DNA from: an uncultured Candidatus Bathyarchaeia archaeon
GTDB taxonomy: Archaea; Thermoproteota; Bathyarchaeia; TCS64
Length of the DNA stretch: 39,464 bases
Direction: 5' to 3'
Assembly (NCBI GenBank): GCA_964499305.1
Contig: CAZCKR010000001.1
Location: 1 to 39,464, forward strand
Within the stretch, counting starts at the first letter, position 1, and each line of letters opens with the position of its first letter. The notes beneath the pieces were generated by a model. The model saw only the letters and a list, made by a program, of their open reading frames with translations. It was not told the DNA's origin and made no database searches. Both the position numbers and the translations under genes were made by a program. Below are positions 27,366 to 36,840 of the stretch, one piece after another.

Positions 27366-28343
27366 TTGAAGGTTCTAGTGGTAAACCCGAGTCTGGCGGA
27401 GAGGATCAGGGACCACCTCCCAGAGGATGTCGAGGTAGTCACGCCCGAGACGGGCACCGACGACGAGCTGGCGGGGTTAGCAGGCGACGTAGAGGTAATA
27501 GTGGCCACCAGGCTGAGCCCCGAGGTGGCTCAGGCGGCGCCCAGGCTGAAGCTGCTGCAGAAGACGGGGGCAGGCGTGGACGACATGCCCTTCGACGCCC
27601 TGAGGGAGGAGACGTGGATGGCGAACACCTCAGGCTCCAACCCGGTGCCCCTAGCCGAGGGAGCAGTGGCCCTGGTATTCGCCCTGGCGAAGAAGGTGAT
27701 CCAGAGGCACGGCAGATTCATGGAGGGCAGGGGCGTCGGACGCGGTGTCCTTCTGAGCGGCAAGAAAGCAGGCATAGTGGGCTTCGGCAGCATCGGGCGG
27801 GAGGTGGGCAGGATGCTCCGGTGTATGGGTATGAGGATACTTGCGGTGAAGCGTAGCAGGGACGACGAGCTCGCCGAGGCCATGGATCTGGAGTTCATGG
27901 GGACCCCCAGCGACCTGATACACGTGATGTCCGAGTCGGACTTCGTCGTCGTCACGGCTCCGCTTACCCCCGAGACCAGGGGCATGATCGGGAAAGAGGA
28001 GCTGCGGGCCATGAAGCCTTCAGCCTATATAGTGAACGTGGCGAGGGCGGCCATCATAGAGGAGGAGCCCCTCTACAGAGCCCTTAGTGAGGGATGGATA
28101 GCGGGTGCCGCAATAGACGTCTGGTGGACGCCCCACTTCTGGGACCCAATGTGGAACAAGGAGGGGAAGCTGGCCTCGGAGTACCCGTTCTGGGAGCTTC
28201 CCAACGTCATATGCACGCCCCACAGCATAGTCTCCAGTGACAGCCGATCCGACGCGGGGCTGAAGATAATGGTGGAGAACATACTAAGGGTCAGGCGGGG
28301 GGAGCCCCCGGTAAACCAGGTGGACAAGAAGCTTAGGTACTAG
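27366..28343 (+). CDS. D-isomer-specific 2-hydroxyacid dehydrogenase (NAD-binding)
   Basis: GIVGFGSIGREVGRML Rossmann motif, NVARAAIIEE, and the catalytic TPH context. Confidence 0.85.
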   Translation: MKVLVVNPSLAERIRDHLPEDVEVVTPETGTDDELAGLAGDVEVIVATRLSPEVAQAAPRLKLLQKTGAGVDDMPFDALREETWMANTSGSNPVPLAEGAVALVFALAKKVIQRHGRFMEGRGVGRGVLLSGKKAGIVGFGSIGREVGRMLRCMGMRILAVKRSRDDELAEAMDLEFMGTPSDLIHVMSESDFVVVTAPLTPETRGMIGKEELRAMKPSAYIVNVARAAIIEEEPLYRALSEGWIAGAAIDVWWTPHFWDPMWNKEGKLASEYPFWELPNVICTPHSIVSSDSRSDAGLKIMVENILRVRRGEPPVNQVDKKLRY

Positions 28344-28360
28344 AAAAGAGGCTCGCGGCT

Positions 28361-30406
28361 CTACGTGGTGCGTTTGTAGTAGCCGGGCCTCGGCGAGTAG
28401 ATGGTGCCGTCCTTCATGAGGACCCCGAATAGCCTAGCGGCCTCGGCTCTCCCGATGCCGTGGTCGCTCTGCAGCGCGTCGTATAGGTCGTCGTCGCGGA
28501 CGCTTCCGCTCACCCTCTCCATCTCGCTTATCACCTGCAGCAGCTTCTGGAGCTGGTTCTGGAGGCTCCGCGGTTTACCTGAGTACAGTATGTCTATGTC
28601 GATCTGGCCTGTCTTGACGTCGATGCCCACCTGCTCCAGGCTTTTCCGCATCAGGTTGATGGCTGCCTCGGCGTCCTCGACGCTTATCTCGGCGCGGAGG
28701 TGGGCCCTGGCGCGGGCCTCGGCGAGCCTGACGAGGCCCTCCAGCTGCCTGGCGGTGATTGCTATGGCGGCGGCTTCGCCTCCCTCGACGCTGGCGTTCC
28801 TCATCTTTACGTAGAAGTCTTTGAAGCGCTCGATGACGTCGTCGGTGATGATGGGGTTGACCTTCTTGGCGTAGCTGATGTACTTCTTGAGGAGCTCCAT
28901 ACTCAGCGGGGCCTCCGCCAACGTCAGCACCCTGTGGAGCCCGAGGATGTGCTCGGCTATGTCGGCGTCCAGCTGGGCGTCGGGCTGGTCCTTGAGTATC
29001 CATATGAGGTCGAACCTGCTGAGGATGGTGACTGGCAGCGTTATGTTCTGGGCGATGGTCTGGTAGGGGTTGTACCGGCCCAGCGACGGGTTCGCCGCCG
29101 CCAGGATGCTTGTCCGCGAGTTGAGGGTGGCCACGATGCCTCCCTTGGCGATGGGAACCACCTGCTGCTCCATGGCGGGGTGTATGGCGCCCCTGTCCTC
29201 GTCCCTCATCTTATCGATCTCGTCGATGCAGCAGACGCCCTTGTCGGCCAGCACCAGGGCGCCCGCCTCCAGCACGAAGCTGCCCGTGCCGCCCTCCTTG
29301 ACGACGGCGGCGGTGAGGCCGGCGGCTGTGCTTCCCCTGCCGGTGGTCATGAGGCCCCTGGGCGCGGCCTTGGATGCGAAGTTGAGCATCTGGCTCTTGG
29401 CGGTGCCCGGGTCACCCACGAGGAGGACGTTGACGTCGCCCCTTATCCTCATGTCGGGCCGCTCCTTGAGGACGCCGCCGAAGAGGAGGTACAGGATGGA
29501 CTCCTTGATGTGCTCGTACCCGTAGATGCTGGGCGCCATGCTGCCCATGAGCTTCCTGAACACCCAGGGGTCGTTGGCCACCTCCAGGATCGCCTCCTCG
29601 TCCTCGGGGCTGATCTCCATGAGATCCATCTCCCTGCCGCTTATCTCCGTGTAGCTGGCGTCCACCTGGATCTCGAAGGTGCGGAGCTCGCCGCCCCTGC
29701 CGTACCGTGGGAGCAGCTTGATGAACCCCGTGAGGGTGATCCTGTCGCCGGGGCGGGCTATGTCCACGAGGTCGTCCTTGAGCTCCACGTGGATGCTCCG
29801 CGGCAGCTGGCCGGGGGGAAGGTCCTCGGGCCGCTCCTGTATGCTGATGTTCTGGCTGTCGATGAACACCGACTCCCTGGGGACGAGCTCGAAGCCCTTC
29901 CTGTTGTCGCAGGCGAGGCACTTCTGGGGCTTCTGAATGGTCTGGCCGCTCTGCTCGATGTGGTTCATCTCGCCGCAGACGGAGCACCTGAACGTCGCCT
30001 TTACGACGAGAGGCATGACGCTGCTGGCGCGGACGATGATGCCGCGGGCCATGATCAGGCGGCCGATGTGGTCGGCGCCTATGCGGCGGAGCGGCGTCTC
30101 GGCGGGAAGGTTCCTGTACCTGACGTTGATCCTGTTCAGGCTCTCGGCGTAGATGGGGTCCCTGGTGCGGAGCTTGCTCCTGACTATGGACTCGAAGATG
30201 GGGGTGAGGCTCTCAGGGTCGTCGAGTATGACGCGTGCCAGCTCCATGTCGAAGGTGTAGACGTCGGTGAAGTCGACTACGATGCTCTTGGTGCCCCTGA
30301 CGGGCATCTCGGCGACGGCTTGGTCGTACTTGTACCGCTCCTCGGCGTCCATGAAGTCCTCTATGAACCGGGTGAAGGCTTCCTCGAAGGTGTCCTGCCG
30401 GGCCAA
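28361..30406 (-). CDS. mcm: MCM replicative helicase
   Basis: Zn motif CSVCGE...CLACDN, Walker A GDPGTAKSQ, Walker B CCIDEIDKM, arginine finger SRFDL, and a C-terminal wH domain. Starts with TTG directly after the GINS stop. Confidence 0.95.
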   Translation of the reverse strand: MARQDTFEEAFTRFIEDFMDAEERYKYDQAVAEMPVRGTKSIVVDFTDVYTFDMELARVILDDPESLTPIFESIVRSKLRTRDPIYAESLNRINVRYRNLPAETPLRRIGADHIGRLIMARGIIVRASSVMPLVVKATFRCSVCGEMNHIEQSGQTIQKPQKCLACDNRKGFELVPRESVFIDSQNISIQERPEDLPPGQLPRSIHVELKDDLVDIARPGDRITLTGFIKLLPRYGRGGELRTFEIQVDASYTEISGREMDLMEISPEDEEAILEVANDPWVFRKLMGSMAPSIYGYEHIKESILYLLFGGVLKERPDMRIRGDVNVLLVGDPGTAKSQMLNFASKAAPRGLMTTGRGSTAAGLTAAVVKEGGTGSFVLEAGALVLADKGVCCIDEIDKMRDEDRGAIHPAMEQQVVPIAKGGIVATLNSRTSILAAANPSLGRYNPYQTIAQNITLPVTILSRFDLIWILKDQPDAQLDADIAEHILGLHRVLTLAEAPLSMELLKKYISYAKKVNPIITDDVIERFKDFYVKMRNASVEGGEAAAIAITARQLEGLVRLAEARARAHLRAEISVEDAEAAINLMRKSLEQVGIDVKTGQIDIDILYSGKPRSLQNQLQKLLQVISEMERVSGSVRDDDLYDALQSDHGIGRAEAARLFGVLMKDGTIYSPRPGYYKRTT

Positions 30407-30910
30407 CTACTCCTCCCCTACCTCACGCATGGTGTCACGCCATTCTGTGACGATTCGGTGAATGTTCTGGTATAAGTCGGCCTCATCTTTCGAGAGCAGA
30501 GAGGCAGATGAATCTGCCTCTGATGACGCTAACCTCATGATGCGTCCGATCCTGGACTCAAGTATCTCCCTGTACCGGGCCCTCATCCTGTTGAGCTGAG
30601 CAGCCTTCTCAGGGTCGCCCTTGACTTGGGAGAAGCTTTGGTAGGCCCGCTCGTAGAAGTCCTCGGGTAGCTGGCTGGGCGGCCCCGCGGGGTTGATGCG
30701 CTCCTTGAAGTGGACCTGGGTCCACTCCGTCTGGCTGACCGCCGGCTCGGAGTACTCTGCGAGGCCGACCTTCACCAGCTCCTGAGCGACCCAGAGCCAG
30801 GTCACGAACTCGTGGCCCTCCTGCACCTCAGGGAGAGCTATCCCAGGCGTCTGTATCCGCGGAAGCTTCTTCAGCGCTCTAAGCTTTACATCTGCGTTCT
30901 CGTACTTCAT
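30407..30910 (-). CDS. GINS subunit (Gins23-like)
   Basis: FVTWLWVAQELVKVGLAEY, FYERAYQ, ILESRIGRIMRLA and DEADLYQNI resemble archaeal GINS A/B-domain blocks. It sits immediately upstream of mcm, as in Sulfolobus. ATG at 30910 (MKYEN) is preferred over the track start at 30988. Confidence 0.7.
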   Translation of the reverse strand: MKYENADVKLRALKKLPRIQTPGIALPEVQEGHEFVTWLWVAQELVKVGLAEYSEPAVSQTEWTQVHFKERINPAGPPSQLPEDFYERAYQSFSQVKGDPEKAAQLNRMRARYREILESRIGRIMRLASSEADSSASLLSKDEADLYQNIHRIVTEWRDTMREVGEE

Positions 30911-31023
30911 ATGGGCTACCCGAGAATGTTGATGGATCATTCGATGACAGACATATAGAACTATTCTGGCGGCTGATGAGAGAGTCAAGATGGTTTAAAA
31001 CCCGCGGCCCCAAATGAACAGGG

Positions 31024-31695
31024 ATGCAATCCACCTTGAGCGACCACCCGAGTATAGAAGCCATGGCGGAGAAGGTCAGGAGCCTCACCAGAGACCCCAG
31101 GGTGAAGAAGATGGTGGAGGACCGCATGGACGAGTTCAGACGCGTCCACTTGATGGACAGCCAGAAATGGTACGAGGAGCTAGTCTACTGCCTGCTAACG
31201 GCCTACAGCAGCGCGTTGATGGGGCAGCGCTGCGTCGACGCCCTCCTCGAAGGCTCCCTCATGGAGGGAAGCCTGGAGGACGTCAGGGAGTGCCTCTTAG
31301 AGGAGGGGCACAGGTTCGCTAACAGGCGCGCCGAGTACATCTACGACACAAGGGAGCTAGCCCCCAGGATCAAGGACATCATCCAGGGCTTCGACGACCC
31401 CAGGGACGCCCGGGAGTGGCTCGTCAAGAACGTCAAGGGCCTCGGCTGGAAGGAGGCGAGCCACTACCTTCGCAACGTGGGCTACTTCGGCCTCGCCATC
31501 ATAGACCGCCACATACTAAGCAACATGGTGGAGCACGGCCTCATCACCGAGGAGGAGTCCAAGAAAGGCCTCACCAGGAAACGCTACCACGCCTACGAGG
31601 AGATCCTCGAGAAGGTGGCGCGGCGGCTCGGCTTGGAGCCCGGGGAGCTGGACCTCTACCTCTGGTACCGGAAGACCGGCAAGGTATTGAAGTAG
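31024..31695 (+). CDS. ogg: N-glycosylase/DNA lyase (archaeal Ogg, Ogg2 family)
   Basis: HhH motif VKGLGWKEASHYLRNVGYFGLAIIDRHIL. Size about 200-220 aa. Confidence 0.8.
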   Translation: MQSTLSDHPSIEAMAEKVRSLTRDPRVKKMVEDRMDEFRRVHLMDSQKWYEELVYCLLTAYSSALMGQRCVDALLEGSLMEGSLEDVRECLLEEGHRFANRRAEYIYDTRELAPRIKDIIQGFDDPRDAREWLVKNVKGLGWKEASHYLRNVGYFGLAIIDRHILSNMVEHGLITEEESKKGLTRKRYHAYEEILEKVARRLGLEPGELDLYLWYRKTGKVLK

Positions 31696-31737
31696 ATTCA
31701 TATCTACGCGGCCCAACAAGTTGGTGGGTGCCCCTTT

Positions 31738-32823
31738 TTGAAGGTCAAGATAGACGGCGAGACCCGGGAGCTCTACACCCTCTGGCGGGAGGGCGAGACG
31801 GTGAAGATGATAGACCAGAGGAAGCTCCCCCACAGGTTCGAGATCGCAGGCTTCGGCGACCACCGAGCCACCGCCGCCGCGATAAAGGACATGGTGTGCA
31901 GAGGAGCCGGCGCCGTTGGCTGTGCCGCCGGCTACGCCATGGCTCAGGCCGCCTTGGAGGCTAAGGACGTGTCTCTTCAGGAGTTTCTGGCCTACCTGGA
32001 GGATGCAGCGGAGACGGTCCGTGGGACTAGGCCCACCGCCGTGAACCTGTTCCACGCCGTCGAGCGTTGCCTCGAAGCCTGCAGGGAAGGCTCCGTGATG
32101 GAGCGCGTCGAGAACGTGCTGTGCATGGCGGACCTGATAGCGGAGGACGACCTCGAGGCATCCAGGAGGATGGGTGAGATCGGCGCCGGCCTCATAGCGG
32201 ATGGCTGCAGGGTGCTCACCCACTGCAACGCGGGGGCGCTGGCGTTCATAGACCACGGCACCGCCCTGAGCCCGGTGAGGGTGGCCCACGGGCAGGGTAA
32301 GAGGGTGTTCGTCTGGGTAGACGAGACGCGGCCACGCTGCCAGGGCTCCAGGCTCACGGCGTGGGAGATGGAGCAGGAGGGCATACCCTACGCCATCATA
32401 GTGGATAACGCGGCGGGCTACTACATGAGGCGCGGCGAGGTGGACATGGTCATAGTGGGGGCCGACAGGGTGGCCGCCAACGGCGACGTCGCCAACAAGA
32501 TAGGCACCTACGAGAAGGCCGTGGTGGCCAAGGCCAACGGGGTACCCTTCTACGTCGCGGCGCCGGAGATGACCTTCGACCTGAGTACACCCACAGGCGA
32601 CGACATAGAGATCGAGGAGCGAAGCCCCGAGGAGGTAACAACGATGTGGGGGCTAGCCGACGACGGCGGGCATACACGTGTGTTGATCCCAGGGAAGGGC
32701 TCATCCGCCAGGAACCCGGCGTTCGACGTGACGCCAGCCGGCTACATAACCGGTTTCATTACGGAGAAAGGGCTGATTAAGCCGCCCTACAAGGAAAAAA
32801 TAGTAGAGACTTTCAGGAAATAG
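31738..32823 (+). CDS. mtnA: S-methyl-5-thioribose-1-phosphate isomerase (aIF-2B-I family)
   Basis: MIDQRKLPH, THCNAG and GADRVAANGDVANKIGTY motifs. TTG start. Confidence 0.85.
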   Translation: MKVKIDGETRELYTLWREGETVKMIDQRKLPHRFEIAGFGDHRATAAAIKDMVCRGAGAVGCAAGYAMAQAALEAKDVSLQEFLAYLEDAAETVRGTRPTAVNLFHAVERCLEACREGSVMERVENVLCMADLIAEDDLEASRRMGEIGAGLIADGCRVLTHCNAGALAFIDHGTALSPVRVAHGQGKRVFVWVDETRPRCQGSRLTAWEMEQEGIPYAIIVDNAAGYYMRRGEVDMVIVGADRVAANGDVANKIGTYEKAVVAKANGVPFYVAAPEMTFDLSTPTGDDIEIEERSPEEVTTMWGLADDGGHTRVLIPGKGSSARNPAFDVTPAGYITGFITEKGLIKPPYKEKIVETFRK

Positions 32824-33211
32824 CGGCCTCTACCTCAAGGTACGCCTGCTTGTGCGTCAGGAGCCCAAGCAGCACGGGCTTCGAGGCCAGGTTTCCTACT
32901 ATGGGGAGCCTGTCCACGTCTTTCTCGTCCATGATCATCAGCGCCTCCTCGTTGGGCAACCCGCTCTCCACCCAGTACAGAGGCTCGGACATGACGTCCC
33001 GGACTGGTACCAGGTGAGGGTCGCTCTTCTCGGAGTCGACCTTCCGCGCTATGTCGCCGTCAGTGAGCATGCCCACGGGCTCGCCTTCCAGGGTGACCAC
33101 CAGGCACTCGGCCCTGAAGTACTTCATGAGGCTGTCAGCGTACTTGACGGGATAGTCAGCCCTGATGGTTATGGCGTCCTGGAGAACCAGATCCTCTAAT
33201 CGACGCGGCAT
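32813..33211 (-). CDS. CBS-domain pair protein
   Basis: Two CBS repeats (VVTLEGEPVGMLTDGDIARKV; DVDRLPIVGN). ATG at 33211 is preferred over 33268. Confidence 0.75.
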   Translation of the reverse strand: MPRRLEDLVLQDAITIRADYPVKYADSLMKYFRAECLVVTLEGEPVGMLTDGDIARKVDSEKSDPHLVPVRDVMSEPLYWVESGLPNEEALMIMDEKDVDRLPIVGNLASKPVLLGLLTHKQAYLEVEAAIS

Positions 33212-33382
33212 CTCTAAGTGGCTCCGGTACCCATTAACCGGTTTTATAGGATATCGTTTGTGGAGCAAAGAAACGTACCCGGGTAACCTTCTACCGATAT
33301 AGATTCGTGGTCTGTTACGGTGGGCGGCTCGGGCTGACCAAATCGCTTAAATCGTTGTACCTGTCATTTTCTCGGTGTCCCG

Positions 33383-33499
33383 CCCGCCCTAGCTCAATGG
33401 CAGAGCATCCGGCTGTAGTCGTCGCCCCGCGGGGCGGTGGCGTTCAGGCCATGAGCAGACACCGGAGGGTTGCAGGTTCAACTCCTGCGGGCGGGACCA
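33383..33499 (+). tRNA. tRNA-Tyr(GUA) with a 42-nt intron after position 37 (33419-33460); CCA encoded
   Basis: Hand-folded cloverleaf: acceptor CCCGCCC/GGGCGGG (C1-G72, the archaeal Tyr identity pair), D stem GCTC/GAGC, anticodon stem TCCGG/CCGGA, loop CT-GTA-G[intron]A, T arm GCAGG-TTCAACT-CCTGC, discriminator A, CCA. Confidence 0.85.
33462..33499 (+). repeat. attL: 38-nt 3' half of tRNA-Tyr, repeated at 39285-39322
   Basis: CCGGAGGGTTGCAGGTTCAACTCCTGCGGGCGGGACCA matches 39285-39322 at 37 of 38 positions (G33472 vs A39295). Confidence 0.85.
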
Positions 33500-33584
33500 T
33501 CTTCTAGTCATCGAATCATCTGGGTTGTATTAACAATCCCTGATAAAACTTAGAGGAAGTCTGTATTCATTGACGTTTGGTAAA

Positions 33585-33598
33585 TGGTAGCCCGGAAG
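33585..33598. repeat. 14-nt direct repeat TGGTAGCCCGGAAG (3' end of tRNA-Gln, read on + strand), copy 1
   Basis: Exact second copy at 38580-38593. Together they bracket the tRNA-Gln body and both R-M genes. Confidence 0.55.
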
Positions 33599-33660
33599 AG
33601 ATTCGAACTCTTGACAGAGGCTCCAGAGGGCCCGATCCTTGACCGCTAGACGACCGGGCT
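33585..33660 (-). tRNA. tRNA-Gln(CUG), element-borne, weak stems and one anticodon-stem mismatch (possibly decaying)
   Basis: Reverse complement AGCCCGG-TC-GTCT-AGCGGTCAA-GGAT-C-GGGCC-CTCTGGA-GCCTC-TGTC-AAGAG-TTCGAAT-CTCTT-CCGGGCT-A-CCA. It has the archaeal Gln-type A1-U72. The D stem has two G-U pairs, the T stem is AT-rich, and positions 30:40 are C-C. Confidence 0.65.
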
Positions 33661-33769
33661 ACAGCACAACCAATGAAAATAAAGCGATAATACAAAGCAG
33701 TATAAGATGTGTTAAGACAGTTTACAGAGAGTTATAGAAAATAATTTGTATCTTATTTGCAATTAGATT

Positions 33770-33777
33770 CTAAATAT
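33770..33777 (+). promoter_or_regulatory. candidate TATA box (CTAAATAT) for the R-M operon
   Basis: About 20-27 nt upstream of the ATG at 33797, consistent with a leaderless transcript. The whole region is AT-rich, so specificity is low. Confidence 0.25.
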
Positions 33778-33796
33778 GGGAGCGTAACTTATCTTC

Positions 33797-36700
33797 ATGG
33801 CATTTGATAAAGGTAGAGAGTTCATTAGTTCTTTAATCGAATCGTTTGAAAAAAATCACTCAGATTATTTAAATGAATCATATAATGAGACTCAATTAAG
33901 AAATGATTTTCTCAATCCTTTTTTACGTGCCTTAGGCTGGGATATTGAAAATAGAGCGCAAAAAACACATTATTTGCGTGATGTAATTCAAGAATATGGA
34001 TTATTGGATGATGATTATCAATCCAATAAACGGCCTGATTATACAATTCGACGTAATGAAAAAAGAAAATTTTTTATTGAAGCTAAAAAACCCTCGGTTC
34101 ACATAGAATCTAATGCTGCTGCAGCCTTTCAGACCAGGCGTTATGGTTGGTCTGCACAACTACCGATTTCTGTACTCACAAACTTTGAATATTTAATAAT
34201 TTATAACTGCAGAACAAAACCTAATCAAAGCGACAACGAAAGACACTCTCGTTTTCGTGTCTATCACTACTCTGAATATCTAGAACAGTATGATGAAATC
34301 TATGAAATGTTGTCTTGCGAATCAATGTATTCTGGGGCTTTCGATGACAAATTCATCACGGATGAAATGCATCCCGATCAAGAAGAGTTCGATGAATATT
34401 TCCTTGAACAAATAGAGCGTTGGAGGTTGATGATTGCCTCAGATATTCACAGAAGCAATACACTGGATAGCCATGAATTAAATTATGTAGTTCAAAAATT
34501 AATCAATAGGTTATTATTTTTAAGAATATGCGAAGATAGGGATATTGAAAAATATGAGTTATTAAAAAATGTATCCGATTATGAAACACTAAAAAGGATA
34601 TTCATTGAGTCTGATGAACGTTATAATTCAGGAGTATTTGATTTAATAGAAGATAAATTAGTAAATGAGGTAGCAATAAATGATGAAACATTAATTTCTA
34701 TTTTTAATGAACTCTATTATCCTCATTGTCCTTATACATTTAGTGTTCTTGATGCTCATATTTTAGGAGAAATATATGAGGAGTTTTTAGGTAAATATAT
34801 AGATATTAAAGATGGAGAACTACAATTAATAGAAAAATCTGAAATAAGAGAATCTAAAGGAGTAGTTCCCACTCCAAAATATGTTGTTGATTATATAATT
34901 GAAAAGACCTTATTGCAATATGAGACTTTGAGCTATGATGATTTGATAAATAAAAAAATGATTGATATTTCATGTGGTTCAGGAGTTTTTCTATTATCCT
35001 TATTTGATCATATATGTGAATATTGTTTAAATTGGTTGATGAATGATGGAATTGAAAATCATCTAGATAAAGTGTATAGAGAATCTGAAGATAAGTATAT
35101 GTTAAAATTAAAAACAAAAACAGAAATTCTTACCAATACAATATTTGGTGTCGATATTGACGACCAGGCAGTTGAAGTTACCAGATTTGGCCTATTAATA
35201 AAACTGATTGAAAATGAATCAAAGGAAACTATTGATGGTTACATTCAAGAAATAAAAACAAAGGCATTACCTAACTTATATGACAATATTAAATGCGGGA
35301 ATAGTTTAGTTGATGATTCGTTTTATTCATTCGATAAGAGTGCAATAGGTTCTCATAAGATTATAAACTTAGTTAGGCCTTTCAATTGGGACAAAGAGTT
35401 TAAGGAAATAATGTCAAATGGAGGCTTTGATGTTATCGTTGGAAATCCTCCATACTTGAGAGTCCAACGTATGGAAGAGTACATCCCCCACGAGCATTCC
35501 TATTATAAAAGTAAACATTGTCCTTATTTGTCCAAACATAAAAGTGTAGACAAATATTACTACTTTTTCGAAAGAGGAATAGAATTATTAAAAGATGGAG
35601 GAAAACTAGGTTTTATTTCACCTCATAAATACTTAATTTTAGATGCTGCAGAGAAACTGAGATGTTTAATAGGTGATAATCATTATCTTAAACATATTAC
35701 TCATTTTCATACTGAACAAGTATTTAAGAAAAAGACTACTACTTATGTTGCTATAACAGTCTTAGAAAAAACCCATAATGAATATTTTGATGTATCTCAT
35801 GTTAGTGACCTTAGTCGCTGGATGAACAATAAAACTTCAACTATAGTAACTTATAGAAACGAAGATTATGGATGTAAATCTTGGGTATTCATAAAACCTG
35901 AGTTACAAACCTTTTTTGATGATCTCAGCGAACGTATTCCCATTAAACTTGAAGATGAGTGTGAGATTTTTGTTGGGCTTCAGACTAGTAAAGATCCAAT
36001 TTACATCCGCACCCCAATCGACCAAACTAAAGACCATATTATTATCCGAGATATTAACGATGACGAGTGGCAATGGGAAAAAGAAATACTGAAGCCCATG
36101 CTAAAAGATGTTACGTTAAGGCCCTTTGGACCTGTAGCACCAAATAGCTACGTTATTTTTCCTTATCATATTGAAGATGGTAAAGCTATAATTTATACAA
36201 TCGAAGAGATGCAGAATAGTTTTCCAGGAGTCTGGGCATATTTAACTAATCATCAGGAACTTTTAGAAAGTCGAAGTATTAATCCAGAGGGTACTCCCGA
36301 ATGGTATAGATTTGGCAGGTCTCAAAGTTTAACCAAGTTTAACACTCCAAAATTAATATGCACCACTTTGTCACTTGGTCCGAACTATGTTTATGACGTT
36401 GATAATAACTACATTACGGGTGGCGGAAATGGTCCATACTATGCCATCCGAATACTCAAAGGCAAATCACTTTCACTTCAATACATACATGCTGTTATTT
36501 CGAATCCAATTCTTGAAGCCTTTGTTAAGAAAGGGGCCAGTCATTTTAGGGGGGATTACTATTCTCATGGGAAGATGTACATAGCCAATATACCTCTATA
36601 TGTACCCGATCTTGAAAACCCTGCTGAGAAGGAGCTTTATGATAATATTATAGAGTTAGTCAACTCTCACTACATAACTGTTTCAAATTATTGTGGAGCG

Positions 36701-36832
36701 AGAACGCCATCTCGAAAAAGACTTTACAAAGATCAGATAATTGAGCAACGAAAAGAAATTGATCGTCTTGTGAATACCTTATATGGGTTCACGAATGATG
36801 ATATGAAGTTAGCAGAATCGTTGCTCATGTAG
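33797..36832 (+). CDS. type IIG restriction-modification enzyme (Eco57I-like): N-terminal PD-ExK nuclease + gamma-class N6-adenine MTase + C-terminal target-recognition domain
   Basis: HsdR_N-like nuclease block RPD81YTI...FFIE95AK97. Helical linker NRLLFLRICEDRDI. MTase motif X GVVPTPKYVVDYI, motif I IDISCGSGVFLL, and motif IV VGNPPY (aa 550-553, nt 35444-35455). TaqI-C-like TRD (WYRFGRSQ, YYSHGKMYI). Confidence 0.85.
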   Translation: MAFDKGREFISSLIESFEKNHSDYLNESYNETQLRNDFLNPFLRALGWDIENRAQKTHYLRDVIQEYGLLDDDYQSNKRPDYTIRRNEKRKFFIEAKKPSVHIESNAAAAFQTRRYGWSAQLPISVLTNFEYLIIYNCRTKPNQSDNERHSRFRVYHYSEYLEQYDEIYEMLSCESMYSGAFDDKFITDEMHPDQEEFDEYFLEQIERWRLMIASDIHRSNTLDSHELNYVVQKLINRLLFLRICEDRDIEKYELLKNVSDYETLKRIFIESDERYNSGVFDLIEDKLVNEVAINDETLISIFNELYYPHCPYTFSVLDAHILGEIYEEFLGKYIDIKDGELQLIEKSEIRESKGVVPTPKYVVDYIIEKTLLQYETLSYDDLINKKMIDISCGSGVFLLSLFDHICEYCLNWLMNDGIENHLDKVYRESEDKYMLKLKTKTEILTNTIFGVDIDDQAVEVTRFGLLIKLIENESKETIDGYIQEIKTKALPNLYDNIKCGNSLVDDSFYSFDKSAIGSHKIINLVRPFNWDKEFKEIMSNGGFDVIVGNPPYLRVQRMEEYIPHEHSYYKSKHCPYLSKHKSVDKYYYFFERGIELLKDGGKLGFISPHKYLILDAAEKLRCLIGDNHYLKHITHFHTEQVFKKKTTTYVAITVLEKTHNEYFDVSHVSDLSRWMNNKTSTIVTYRNEDYGCKSWVFIKPELQTFFDDLSERIPIKLEDECEIFVGLQTSKDPIYIRTPIDQTKDHIIIRDINDDEWQWEKEILKPMLKDVTLRPFGPVAPNSYVIFPYHIEDGKAIIYTIEEMQNSFPGVWAYLTNHQELLESRSINPEGTPEWYRFGRSQSLTKFNTPKLICTTLSLGPNYVYDVDNNYITGGGNGPYYAIRILKGKSLSLQYIHAVISNPILEAFVKKGASHFRGDYYSHGKMYIANIPLYVPDLENPAEKELYDNIIELVNSHYITVSNYCGARTPSRKRLYKDQIIEQRKEIDRLVNTLYGFTNDDMKLAESLLM

Positions 36833-36840
36833 GAGTCCTT

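Noticed and set aside
28700-30475. 591-aa ORF antisense to mcm. Similar long antisense or overlapping ORFs occur at 25693-26640, 25505-26182, 20902-21774, 15419-16189, 7667-8338, 1587-2276, 12702-13523 and 31516-32289.
   Set aside because: Their translations are Arg/Gly/Pro/Ala/His-rich and low-complexity with no motifs. Each lies opposite or out of frame to a gene with unmistakable family signatures. These are typical shadow ORFs of high-GC DNA.
33307-33507. 66-aa ORF covering the tRNA-Tyr locus.
   Set aside because: The sequence folds into a complete intron-containing tRNA. The ORF is an artefact.
33797-36832. Possibility that the 1011-aa methyltransferase fusion is a BREX PglX or part of a DISARM/type I system.
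   Set aside because: No BrxA/B/C, PglZ, BrxL, helicase or HsdS/HsdR-motor genes are present. The island holds only two genes. The N-terminal PD-ExK nuclease plus a companion MTase fits the Eco57I-like type IIG organisation.
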